DNA of 64,000 nucleotides from Marsupella aquatica (GCA_973895155.1 OZ316894.1:10695874-10759873), one strand, 5' to 3'. Shown: positions 1-11,600, numbered from the stretch's first letter. Notes: generated by a model from the letters alone, not told the origin. Made by a program: numbers and translations.

Positions 1-988
1 GAAGCCTTGCAAACATGAATATTTCTGGTCGCAAAGAATTTGCCAAATTCTACCTATCTGAAAAGTTTTTGCCAAAGTTGTTAGGCTTTTAGTCTGCCAT
101 TAGCCAGTTTCACACTTAGCAACAGACTCAATTAGCCAAAAATCTGTTGGCTATCCTCAAATCTAGGGGGTTCTGACAATCAGAAATTTATCCAATAAAT
201 TTTGGTAACAAGTGTTCATAGCGTCTTCTCCTTCACTCAATGTGACCAGCTCCATTCCAAACTGTGCTCTATTGCTGAAAGGGATTTGCATTTACTGACT
301 TTGGTTTCAAACAAATTTGGTCTCTAGTTTATCTTGAGAATAAGAAGTGGTCGCCCTGTTTGCGTTGGAGAAAAAAAAGTCATAAGTGCCCACAAAGTCT
401 TCTTTAAAAAAAGTCATAATGGCACCCAAAGTCTGTCACGTGCCACGAAGTCTTGTAAAGCACCCCTATATAGCGGGCTCATCCTGGAACTCGTTTGTGT
501 TTTGTCTTGTAGCGGAAACATTGTATACGAGTGTACACGTTTAGGGCGTATACGAGTTTAAAGGAAATATAAAAGATTAGGGCTGTGAGATGAATGCAGA
601 GAGTTTAGGGCGGCAAGTGCTGAAACGACGACGACTAATCAGGCTGTGGAGTCGGGTGTGGAGTTTAGGGCTAAAGAGTCCTGGCCAAAATGCTGATCAG
701 GCTCGTTCCTGGCCGAAGTGCTAATCTCAGGCTCATACTCTCCTTTTGTCGGAGCTCTCTCTCGTGGCGCATCTGTGTTTTGTGTGGTCTCCTCGTGGCT
801 CTCTGCTCGTGCTTGGGGTGCTGCTCTCGATGTCACTGCTGCCGTCGCTGCTGTATCGTGGTTGCTGTATCGTGAGTTGGGCTTGGGATTGAGCTGCCGT
901 CTCCGCTGTATCGTTGATGCTGTATTGCGAGCTGGGTTTGGGATGCTTGAGTTGCTGCTATCGTTGGTCGTTGCTGGGTCCAGGCCCG

Positions 989-1205
989 ATGCTCAATGTT
1001 GGTTGCTGCTGCGCCTCACTGCTGCGGACTCAATCTCGATGTCTCCCTGGCTAATTGATGCTCTCCCTCTCGATTCTCTTGATGCTGCAGCTCGATGTCG
1101 GTTGCTGCTGCGCCTCACTGTTGCGGACTCGATCTCAATACATGTCTCCTTGGCTGATCGATGCTCTCTCCCTGGCTGATCGATGCTCTCTCCCTCTCGA
1201 TGCTG
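989..1205. repeat. ~100-bp imperfect tandem duplication (GGTTGCTGCTGCGCCTCACTG...GATGCTCTCCCTCTCGAT)
   Basis: Two copies are visible directly, plus a shorter internal CTGGCTGATCGATGCTCTCTCC duplication. Confidence 0.75.
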
Positions 1206-1621
1206 CACTTCTGAGAATGGAGCGATGGTGATGTCCAGAATGCTGCCTGTCTTGATGCTGCAGCTCGATGTCCAGAAGAAGGAAACTTTTTATGTTCCAG
1301 GATGATCAGATCAATGAGAGTGCGGCTCATCGTTGCAGCCGAGTCCGGATGCTTTAGTGGTCTGCATCGAGACTACACTTTGAAGAAATTGAACTTGTTC
1401 GATCTTCTCAGGGACAACTATCGTGCTCTCAGTCTCAGTGTATTGTGCTTATTTTTAAACTCTTAGCTCTACACATGGACCTCAGTGTGTTGTGCTAGTT
1501 TTTTACTCCTGGATGTGTATTGTCCTTGTCTTCAAGAGGGTGCATAGAGCTCAGCCTCCGTAAGTGTTGTGGCCAATGATTTATAAATTTGTAGAGAGAG
1601 ACTGGTGGGTTTAGATGGGTT

Positions 1622-1685
1622 ACTCTGCTTGGAAGGCTGTCCAGTGTTCACTGGACAATTCAGGGTTCAATTCCCTGGCAGAGTG
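1622..1685 (+). ncRNA. tRNA-like structure lacking a D-arm (tRNA-derived/SINE-head-like)
   Basis: ACTCTGC (1622-1628) pairs with GCAGAGT (1678-1684). The T-arm CAGGG-TTCAATT-CCCTG (1661-1677) is contiguous with the 3' acceptor strand. Central hairpin TGTCCAGTG-TT-CACTGGACA. A-box-like GGTTTAGATGG just upstream. Confidence 0.4.
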
Positions 1686-3212
1686 TTAAGTGCTTGGGCG
1701 TCTTAAAGACTGAAAACAAACTTAAGAAAAGAGCCAACTGCAGCTGGAAGGCTTTGCGGAAAAAGCAATTGCAATACTTATGTCTCAGAAAAATTTCCCA
1801 CCATTTCACTGATCTGGTCTATGTGAAATTGTCTCAGAAAAATTCCACGACATTGTTGGGGATTGGGGTTATATCTAACCTTACATTTTCCTAAAAGGGG
1901 TAAAAAAATTAAATCAAAAGCAAGGATTATTGTTTTGGCAAAAGGGGTTTGAAAATCATCCATAGGGTAACTATTCTGATAAGTGTCTTATTGTAAGAGT
2001 ACATTAAAACTCTAATTTATACCAAAAAAAAATATGGAAAAAAAACGTAACTGTGCTTCACCATATAGCAATGTCGGTCTTTACCACGAAGTCTTGTAAA
2101 GCACCCCTATAGAGACAACTGTTTCTAGTGGTCATGAAATACCTCCAACTTAGCTTGTCAGGCACCAAACGTGCACCACTGGAGATTCTCTGACAACTAC
2201 AGTTCAAATAGAAATAGTGTAGTTGTTCAGATCCAAATTCCCCTTGTATGAATCGAAGTCGCTAAGAATATTTTTTCTATAATTTTCCTAGGCTAACTGC
2301 AGGCAGTCGGATCTCCCTATATTCAAGGATAACCCTCAGATTCCAGCTAATGGGGCCTTTGGCTAGGTATCAAATTGTGCCAAATTGGTTTATGAAAAAA
2401 TACACTTTTTAATTTCCAACAAGAAAAGTGAGTAAGACTTTTCAAACACATGGAGCCTGGCAAATTTTTGCCACTGGAAAAACACCCTATCAGGGGATCT
2501 CAAACCTCAAAATTAATGGAATTTAATTTAGTAGTTAAGGTTACAGAGTAAAAAAATTGTAAACCATCAAATTCATGATCCAGAGCTTTTTCTCATAAAA
2601 ATTAGTTATATACAATGACCATAAATTCCTGTAGAGGCAAGTGAAAAAACTCTTACATAACCCAAAAAAGTTATGGCCATAGGTTTATCATAGTAACTAT
2701 GAAACTACGGACAAAGTTAGTCCTGTTCAAAGGGCATTATGGGATATAATGCCCCCCAAAACAATAGCTTCAGCTCAAGTTTTGAGTGGTTATTATTGTC
2801 CACAATAGAGATATCCTGAAAGTAAACTAGAGTTTAAAATATGGTTTACGTAAACTCTAGGTGAAAATCAAATATCCATGAATTCAACGTGAGTTTTGAA
2901 GGCTAGTCGAGTTAGGCCAAGTTGGACAGATGTCGGCACCATGTGATCTGGTTAAAGCATGGTTTAGCAGGTGAGTTTAGGCCAAGTTAAGCAGACAGGA
3001 GGCGTTCTCCTCTGCCCACTGTCTAAACATCGTGTAAAAGACTAGCAATGGGCTCTACGACCTAACACACCACATCGAAGCTCCATTTTCGCGAGAAAAC
3101 CATCGGACACCAGAGTGTGGGCAACTGACAGGAAGGGGTGCACAAGTTGAATCTCGCGCACTGACGTAGGGGCGAGGGCAAAACGTGGAGGTGCAATCAA
3201 AACATTTTGCAA

Positions 3213-4439
3213 ATGGAAGAAGTGCCGATGGAGGCTGAGCAGTTCGGCCAGGTGTTTTCAAGTTCAGACGACAGCAGTGACAACGAGAGTGATAGTAGTG
3301 ACAGCGATGACGATGATTCCTTGCAGGAGCTCGACGACATGATGCTACTCTTGGTTGTGATGGCAATTCACACTTATGTAAAATGCATAGAGTCATTTCA
3401 GAGTATCGAGTTGTCTTGAGAGAATGGCAGGTCAGTCAATCCACTAATTGGTGTGCACGATGTATATGCATCTATCTCTGCAATCCCACAACAATTCAAG
3501 GACCTTACCAATTTCTGGCCTGGTGAGTATCATGCGTTGTGTGCTCGTGTTTGCCCTATCATCCAGGCAAATGCTCAAAGCACAGGAGTGGATCATGTGG
3601 TGAGAGGCCGTCCATGCAAGCTCACTGCTGAACAGAGGCTTCTGAATTTCATATTGTATTTGAAGCACGATAATTCTGTTTATCTGGATGCACAAAGGTG
3701 GAATTGGTGTCGTTCATTGGTGTGTGATGACTCCTTGTTTGTTGCATCTTGCATAAACCAAGCAATTGCAAACGAGATTAAGTGGCCCAATGCTATAGAG
3801 AGGCAGGTATTAGCCAGGACCATTCCACGGCTTCCAGGATGCATTGGGTTCATTGATGGCACGCTATGTAGGATCCGCAGGCCATTTCAGAACCCTTATC
3901 ATAAGAAGTGGTTTCAAGGGAGGAAGAAAATGTATTGTATGAACAGTACAGTGTTAGTCGACCACAATGGGCTGTTCATTTATGTGGATGCTGGGTATCC
4001 AGGTTCATATCACGATGTTACCATCCTACAAAATTCCATGGTTGAGGTTTATTGGCGACAACTATTTATGCATACGGAGGAATACTGTGAGTATGTGCTT
4101 GGAGATTCTGGGTATGTAGGAAAGGAGAAGTACATCATGAGGGGCTTCACAAAGACTGAGATGAGGACTAGTGGATTGAGAGCTAGCCGAATCAAAACCT
4201 TCAATAAAATGATTAGTGGGCACAGGGTCAAGGTGGAATGGGGAATTGGAGGCCTCAAGATGAAATGGAGACGATTGCAGAAGGAGTTTGACCTTACAAA
4301 GCAAAAATTCAGCATTACTTTCAGGGCTGCTGCTCTTTTGACAAATTTCTTGCACAGGAGACGAATGGACATGTCCGAAGAGATAGTTGCACCAAGGGAC
4401 AGAAATGGCAACAATGGCGGATGGGCAGGGGACTTCTAA
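3213..4439 (+). pseudogene. Harbinger/HARBI1-like DDE transposase with one in-frame TGA (3417-3419)
   Basis: Catalytic motifs CIGFIDGT, GYPGSYHD, YVLGDSGY and HRVKVEWGIGGLKMKWRRL, plus an HTH-like region (LTAEQRLLNFILYL). ORFs 3207-3419 and 3453-4439 share a frame, broken only by one TGA followed by open codons. Confidence 0.85.
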
Positions 4440-5265
4440 GTTACCCGATTTAAGTTAGTAGAGTAGCATTAGATAGCTTCAGTGTTAGCTACGTGGAAGC
4501 AATCTTACATGACTGTAATCTAATTCCACATCAATAAATGTTATTCTTGTTTCCAATTTGCAATGCAACTATGGTCTAGCTGCGTGCCTGAACATTCTAG
4601 TCTTGTCATGAAATCAATACTGTGATTAGACATCCAGAGCAAATGTCAATCTTAAAGAAGCTTTCGAAGATAATTCAGGACAACATTCAGTATGCGAAGG
4701 TTGTTACGTTCTCAGGTAGCAGGACCGAGGTTGCCAAGCTTGACTATTGAGCTTTTTAGGCTTGCGGTTTGTTGCATCCTAGCTGCAAAGTCAGCATTGT
4801 CAATCCGACTGGATGCTCTCGGTGAAGGATCCGAAGCTACTGTTGGCATTGAGAATAGGTTGAAGCTAGGTCAAGGCAAGATTAAGGCACCTGGAAGGGA
4901 GAAGTCTCACGTCAATTAGCAGAGCAGGGAAGAGTCGAGGGAAGATCAAATAAAGCAAGGTTGAACTTTATTCTAGAGAGCTTTATAATCATAGTTGTAT
5001 ACATAGGATGGTCCCACGTTGCAGTTCAATTTCTAGATACATATATCTTTCTGTTTTAGCAACATAACTAATTCTATTGCATAATTCAAGCTTCCATGAA
5101 GACCAACTGACATTGAATGAAGCATGGAATAGAGTCAGCGCTGACAAAACTGCTTTATATGTTTGAATGTGCTTATACAAAATTGGATAGCATGCACATG
5201 CCATCAAGAGAGCCTAAATTCTAAGGTCTACTTCGAGTCCTCTTTGCAGTAAACATAAACTATGG

Positions 5266-6842
5266 CTACCCAGGCCCAGGAAGGATCCCAAAGACGACTT
5301 TACACTGATATTTGAACTCATCCTCTGTAATCAAGCCAAGAGCCTTCTGTTTTTCCAGAAGGCTAATTTCGGCCAGGACATTTTGCTTTGCTTGGGCAAT
5401 TCTCCTTGTTCTGACTCATGCCTCTTAGCTTCATGGAAAGATGCTTTTGCCTCGGCCTGGATTCTTTTGGCATCTGCCTCGTCTTTCCTATCCCTCTTCA
5501 TTGACTTGAACTCTCCAACAATTGCTGCCATGTCTTCTCGTGCAGCCTTTAAGTTTTCTGACTTAGTTGGAGGCTTGCCCTTATGCTCGCTCTGGTTCTG
5601 TTGGGAGGGAGTCCGAGGACAAGGGGATGCCACATTAGACTCCCCTGGAGAAGTAGACAACCCTGGAGAAATTGTGTTTGCAGGACCAGTGGATCTAGCC
5701 TTCTTGGATGCTGTTCCATCACAAGCATCCGCCCTGATCTGCAAAATATTTCTGGCTTTCCAGGAGTCAGTTGACATCAATTTCGTCATCAGATCCTCGT
5801 CCTGCAACACTGCTTTTTGCCCACCATCAGGATTTCCCACTCCGGATTGCAGCTCCTTTAAGCTTGTTCTCAAGTGGTCTTTGAGAGTAATTTCCCCAAA
5901 GGGCGAATCAGGATACAATTCCTTGTAATCGGCGTAGATAGCTTTCCAAACCTTGCCTGGAATCAATTGTACAATTGATTTGTTCCCTTTCCCCTTGCTA
6001 AAACTTGCACACATGCTCCTTTGAGACTATCTTACGTTTTGCCTTGCTCCCATCATCCTTGGACAATTCGGTTGCAGTTGGGATACCCGAATGCTGCTTC
6101 TCCTTCCCCATCTGCATTGCAACATCCAAGGCTGCTTCATTCATCCCCTTCCCGTTCTTGGCTTTCCCTTTCTTCACCTTCCCGTTCTGCATATCGGCCA
6201 TCATGCTATCAGTTGAAGAGTCGCTGCTATCCTCAACGTCTGTCTCGTGGCCTTCGTCACTAGTGTACGCCTTGTCTGAACTATTCTCACTGGAGACAGA
6301 CGCTACTGTGTCATCACCAACGACTTCTTGTCCGAGACTATCAATGTGGCCCAGCATATTACCAAGCCCCACTACAATAAAAATGTAAGTAGTGAGTAGT
6401 AGAAACTATCGAAAGAGCAATTGCAACACAAACGTGAGATTGAATGGACAGCCTGCATAAAGTCAAAGTTGGATTCACCTAACGCTGAAGGCAGATTCTC
6501 GAGCTGAATTCGAAGCTGTCTTAAGGTAGGGACTCCTACTTCCTGCTCTTGCACTGAGCTAAAGGGCTCTTCTTCTTCTTCCTCTACCTCATTCTCTACT
6601 ACTGGCAGGGGCGTAGTGAATTCAACATCGACAGCCGACACAATCGAGACTGGAACCTGGACTGGAAGATTGTGCTCCTCTGAGGCAGATGGACTCCGTG
6701 CTCTGTCTTCTGCTGGCTGTTTCTTCTTATCGCGAGCTTGGTCTTGCAATCTCTTAGCTTCTCCCCTCCCACCTCCCTCTAATGAAGTTGCCATGCTTCC
6801 CACCATCCGCGATCGCAAATGCAGTTCCCGCCCGGCCGCCAT
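5266..6842 (-). pseudogene. Harbinger accessory protein (acidic N-region, Myb/SANT-like domain, coiled coil, SHOCT-like tail), frameshifted
   Basis: ORFs 6372-6905, 5998-6372 and 5331-6014 can be joined via a probable intron (acceptor TTGTAG near 6372) and 1-nt frameshifts near 6000 and 5408. VWKAIYADYKELYP...LKDHLRT resembles a Myb/SANT-like helix bundle. The position opposite the transposase fits PHIS elements. Confidence 0.65.
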
Positions 6843-7617
6843 GGAATTGATGCACCGCAGATTGAATCCCCACTCAATCGAGCTCAATGGCAGCGCTCCT
6901 CGCAAATGTAGTTCCCGCCCCGCCGCAATGAATTAAATTGATGCCCCGAAGAATGACGTTGAACCGAGCTCACCGGTAACACCTCGCAATGGACATGGTC
7001 AAATTGTTGTTCAAAACATTTGAACTAGGAATAATCGTGGCCGAGATGTTTTCGCCTTGGTATTTTGTCATTTGTATGTTAATCCTTAACCGCAGGTCAA
7101 GTTAACTTAACTCAACTAGGATTACTAACTAACCATACCTCAAAAGCTAGCTGACAGGGTACTTTTGGGATATCTCAAATGCTCCTGAAATAATACTTTA
7201 CTACACATGAAGGCCCTGAGAGAGATTTAGTCTTTCCAAGTGCACCAAAAGTAGAGGAGAATTGATTCTAAAGAGGTGATCCAGGTCTTGGCTCCAGGTC
7301 TTGGCTGTGGAAATATGCTCCAGAATGCCCTGTGCAATCTTATTATAAATGCGCCAGTAACTCCCAAGTCCCAATACAGCCAAAACTGAATGAGGTTCAA
7401 TTAATAAGTTCAAAATTCTAAATGAGGATAGACAAAAGTGACATTCATACTCTATAAGGATAAAACTGAAATGAGGATGGACCAAAAACAAGGATGAGAC
7501 AAAGACTAACCAAAATAACATAGAAATTTTATTGTGTAATATTTTTCTTCAGATCTATTTAAGTACAACAAACGGGTCATGAGACTAGCACAATGGGAAA
7601 AATCACTAAAGGTATTA

Positions 7618-8003
7618 GGGCGTCTCAAAGCTTGGCGCTAACAAGATAAGGCCCTCCCATAAGTCAAGTATTATGGAAACTTCCGTAAAATTTATGGGAG
7701 CTGATCTTTGGTTATAGTAAGGAAAGCCCACGGGCTCACCACTTAACCCGTAATTTTTCCCACAACTTTAGGCAAAAATTCGGGGATCCGGAAATCCAGG
7801 ACTCCAGAACTCCGGAAAGCTACGACTAAAGGCACATGGCGATTCACTCCTAAAGTGGTGAATCACTGCTGCATTTGAAACGATGGCTGATCAAGAATTG
7901 AAGAAAAAATAATGTGCTATGAGACAGGTGTCCCATAACCAGAGCCATGCGATATCACAAAATTATCCATAACCTTCACTAATGACGGAGCTCTGAGACG
8001 CCC
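7618..8003. mobile_element. Tourist-like MITE (~386 bp)
   Basis: 15-bp TIRs GGGCGTCTCAAAGCT (7618-7632) and AGCTCTGAGACGCCC (7989-8003), 1 mismatch. Left flank TTA, right flank AAA, so the TSD is imperfect. Confidence 0.55.
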
Positions 8004-8488
8004 AAATTAAGAAGCGTTGAGAGGCCGTATGGTACCGCAGTAGGGTTAGTTAGTGTAACTCAAAGGGTGAGAGTGAACCGAGGGTTGGGAGTGAACGCAT
8101 TCGGTCGAAGTTTCTTCAGCAGGAGACGATAAACCGGAGAGAGCGGAAGCGGACCTTCTCACGAGGAAGGAAGGGGGGCGACGCAGAGAGAAAGTGCGAG
8201 AGGGAGTGCAGGCGGAGGCAGACTTCGTCACGAAGGAGGAGGAAGACTTCTCATCCTTTCCCTTCCTTTCCCTTCCATTCCTTCATCATTCCATTCGCTT
8301 CGCTTGGCCTGGGATGGGCCTCCTCCCAGAACAAAACAAGGCGGTGAACTAAACTTAGGCGTCAAGATTCGGGAGCTACGGGGGCAGAGATGATGAGAAG
8401 ACGTGGTGCGTACTTCACTTGTTCGGAGTTTGAGGCGTGATGCGGAGCAAAGGGACCCGTGGTGCGCATTGCTGCCATTGTTTTCGGT

Positions 8489-8525
8489 GAGGAGGAGGAG
8501 GAGGAGGAGGAGGACGAGGAGGAGG
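8489..8525 (+). repeat. (GAG)n microsatellite in the presumptive PA200 5' UTR
   Basis: GAGGAGGAG... run, seen directly. Confidence 0.85.
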
Positions 8526-8699
8526 CAGGTGAAGGAAATTGAGAGCATGTCTGCGGAAACAAGCAAGCAAGGAACGAAGGAAGGAAGAAAGGAAGGGAGG
8601 AAGGAATTTTGGAATTTACAGTAGCTGATACTCGGGGAGCGAGCGAGACGGGATTTGTGTAGCTCAGAGAGCGGGGCAGAGGACTCCGAATTGGGCAAG

Positions 8700-11600
8700 A
8701 TGCATGCCTACAATGCGTGGTTGCCGCCGCCCGTGAGGGAATTATTAGATGCTGATCCGGAGAAGGACAAGTTCCACACTATCGTCCTCGAGATTCAGCG
8801 ATACTGGAAGCTTGGAACTGCGCAGGCCAGATTTTCGTCTTTGAAATGGATTTCTGTCGTAAACACGTGAGTATTTACTTTCACATAACGATGTCGAGTG
8901 TTTACGACTGTCGACTTTAAACTGAAGTTAGCCGTCCTCCGAATTTGTTGAGGAGGATTTACAGGATCCTCCTGTAAATCTGAGTTTGTCACACTTTTGG
9001 AGCTGCAAAATGATCCTAGAATTGTTCTGTGACAATCTGTTGCATCCGTGGTTTTGTACACGAGAAGATGGACTATTTATTTCTTGAGTAATAGTGCGAA
9101 TTTCTGTTCTCAATTTCGAACTTCAAATTTGAGAGGATCTGCTTTGAGTTATTCTCCGAATGATCGAACACAGAATTGGTTTACCACTGTTGGTCGTCTG
9201 TTGGTCAGCTTGGCATTCCGCAGTCTTAAATAAGGTAGAATAAGTGTCCTCTTTCGCTAAACATATGCATCGTGCGCTTCAAGAAAGAGGACAATTTCCT
9301 GGAGCATCAGTTTCCTGTGTCTATCCGGGGACTTCGTGCCACGATACATATGTTTAGCGAAAGAGGACAGTGTTGCTTGCCCCTTCCTTTGCACTGCGAG
9401 CCTCCAAAAACGTGGTAAACCGGCAAGATGACCTGCATTCTATTGAGCAGCTTTATTATCACGAAGTGTGTGTTATCTCCCCAGCTGCACTTCAATCCCT
9501 GGATAGACACAGGAAACTGATGCTCCAGGCAATATTCTTATTATCAGTAAGTTATCCAGGTAGATCAAGAGGCTCGGGAATGTGTGATACGCTTCGGAGT
9601 GTCTTACAATTTCCTTTATGTAGAGTTAAATTACGGAGATGTTGCTCCTTCACCTGTATTAACTTCCAACAGATTTTGAAGGTTTTAGAGTGCTCCTCTA
9701 GGTTTGAGTACTATCGCTTAAGATGGCAAGGACTGCAACCACCATGATTCTCTCCATGATGGCCATTAAGCCAGCTCTTTTATGGATATAGGATTCCTTT
9801 AGTCCGTAGTCACGTTCAACAAAACTTGGGGGAGAAAGCGTGAGTCCAAAGTCGGCACTCCATCTTGTTGACCCTCCGTCAGGAGGAGTTCACCCCATTG
9901 TCATCCATTTTGTCTGCAGAATTATTTCAATCTAGCCTCAAGATACTGCAAGAGGCCAGATTTGTAAATCAGTGTTTTTTGAATAGAGTTAGGGTTCCAA
10001 CTGCTGCTCTTTCAAACTGAACCTTTGCTATAGCTATTCTTAAAAACTCACAAATTGACACTTTTGTGTCGCAGCCTGTGAAAGAAATCCTGGCGAAAAA
10101 AATCATATGCATCCTGTCTTGTCCAAATTTTCGTGGCATAGAGTCTTTTGATTGATATGCTCGTAATTTGAACTCAGCCAATGTCTAACTGATGCGTACG
10201 ACAAGTCTGGTATTACGGATGAACATCTTCAAGTGAATATCTCTCAACGGTATCAGCCATGTTGATCATACGTTGTTGACCGATGAATGGCCGCGGAAAC
10301 TCCGTGTGGGGATTCTCATTGCATTTTCTTATTGTGCCCTGGTTTCACGTGCAGGTTCTTGAAAGCAAGATCTGAGCTAGCGACAAGTGATGTGGAGTTG
10401 CTAGTAAAAACGGGTCTGGATATATTGTTATGGTCACCCGAGAACTTGTTTATTCAGGTTTGGCATTACGGCTCAACATGTGCTGTCTTGGGATTGTCCA
10501 TGTTCGCTTGTTTGTTGGGCGGACTGCGCATTTTTTCAGATGCAGTGACCTACGTTGCTATGACCTGCTCAGGGTCGTCTCTTGCGTTCGTCGTTAGAGA
10601 AAGTGATCTGTACATGACCCTGATTCTGTTAGTAGTCATAATAATCAATAATGGTTGGTATCCAACAGATTCGCTGGGGCCAGTGCATAGCAAAAGTCTT
10701 GAAAAAGTATCGGAACCACCTGGAACTGGATATTGAGTGGAGGCCTCTATACAAGTTACTCTACGATACTCATTTTAAAAGGTTAGTGGTCAATAAGTCG
10801 TACGCAATTCAAATTCTTCAACCCTGCACAGCTATCTGTATTTTGTTGTGTGAAATTTCTGGTGATACCAAGTCTTCCAGGATTTTGGAAGAATTATATG
10901 ATTTTATGTACCAATCAATCAATTACTCAGAGTTGTTCACATATTAGTCAATCCCAAGTTTGTACTTGTTTTCCACATTTATCTACAAACATGAGGGCTC
11001 TTACAACTTCTTGTATTCGTGCAGACGGAATAGCTATGAAGGTCTAGCTCTGAAGCAGTTTCACCTTGAAACTGTCAGCACCCTAATTCGATGTTCCCGC
11101 CGGTTTTTCCCCGACGGTTCTGTGACTGAAATTTGGAATGAATTTAGGTAAGTCAGCTCTGACTTTAGATACAACAAACTCGTCATTTGCTTAGGGCTTA
11201 GGGTTTAGGGTTTAGGGTATGAAACGAGGGTGTCTTTCATGCGTCTGGATTACATCGACCAGTGTGGAGAGCAAGGGCGTTCTTTATACTGCTAAGATTA
11301 TTTATCTATCAGTGGTAAGGGAGGTATCTGGATGTTTGTCCTATAACTTTTTACAGTTACAATTTGAGGTTGGCCTTGGATATGATTGCATTGTCTCTGG
11401 TGTTTGAACTTGAAAATGGCTATGTGTTTGTTTTGACAAGAACTTCGAGCGTTTTTGAGTTAGGAAAATAAGTGGGCAGGAACTTGTTCGTTGTGAAGGA
11501 CCTTGGTCAGCGGGCCGTATATGTATATTTGTAATGGCAAGACACATCCTGATTTTCTTCATTCGGGTTTCTGTTTGTGCGTCTGCCAGGCCAGCGCTTG

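Larger units (their letters stand above)
1..2130 (-). mobile_element. Probable terminal region of a CACTA (En/Spm) DNA transposon; other end not seen
   Basis: Ends in GTTTCTAGTG (2121-2130), which reads CACTAGAAAC on the minus strand. An identical 28-bp repeat CCACGAAGTCTTGTAAAGCACCCCTATA lies at 443-470 and 2084-2111, next to the terminus. Internal GC-rich tandem duplications at ~990-1205. No transposase is visible and the left boundary is unknown. Confidence 0.4.
2807..7177. mobile_element. Full-length, mutated PIF/Harbinger-superfamily (PHIS) DNA transposon with two convergent genes
   Basis: Imperfect TIRs: left AGAGATATCCTGAAAGTA..., right ...TACTTTTGGGATATCTCA, with similarity extending ~60 bp. 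AAT is duplicated on both sides (2804-2806, 7178-7180). Contains a DDE_Tnp_4-type transposase (+) and an accessory gene (-). Confidence 0.85.

Noticed and set aside
639-1330. Overlapping ORFs such as 718-1179
   Set aside because: They arise from GC-rich tandem duplications and show no recognisable domain.
1622-1685. A functional decoding tRNA gene
   Set aside because: No D-arm and no canonical 7-nt anticodon loop; kept only as a tRNA-like structure.
5383-6936. Plus-strand ORFs 5383-5928, 6005-6388 and 6616-6936
   Set aside because: Antisense shadows of the transposon accessory gene; Ser/Phe/Leu-rich with no motifs.
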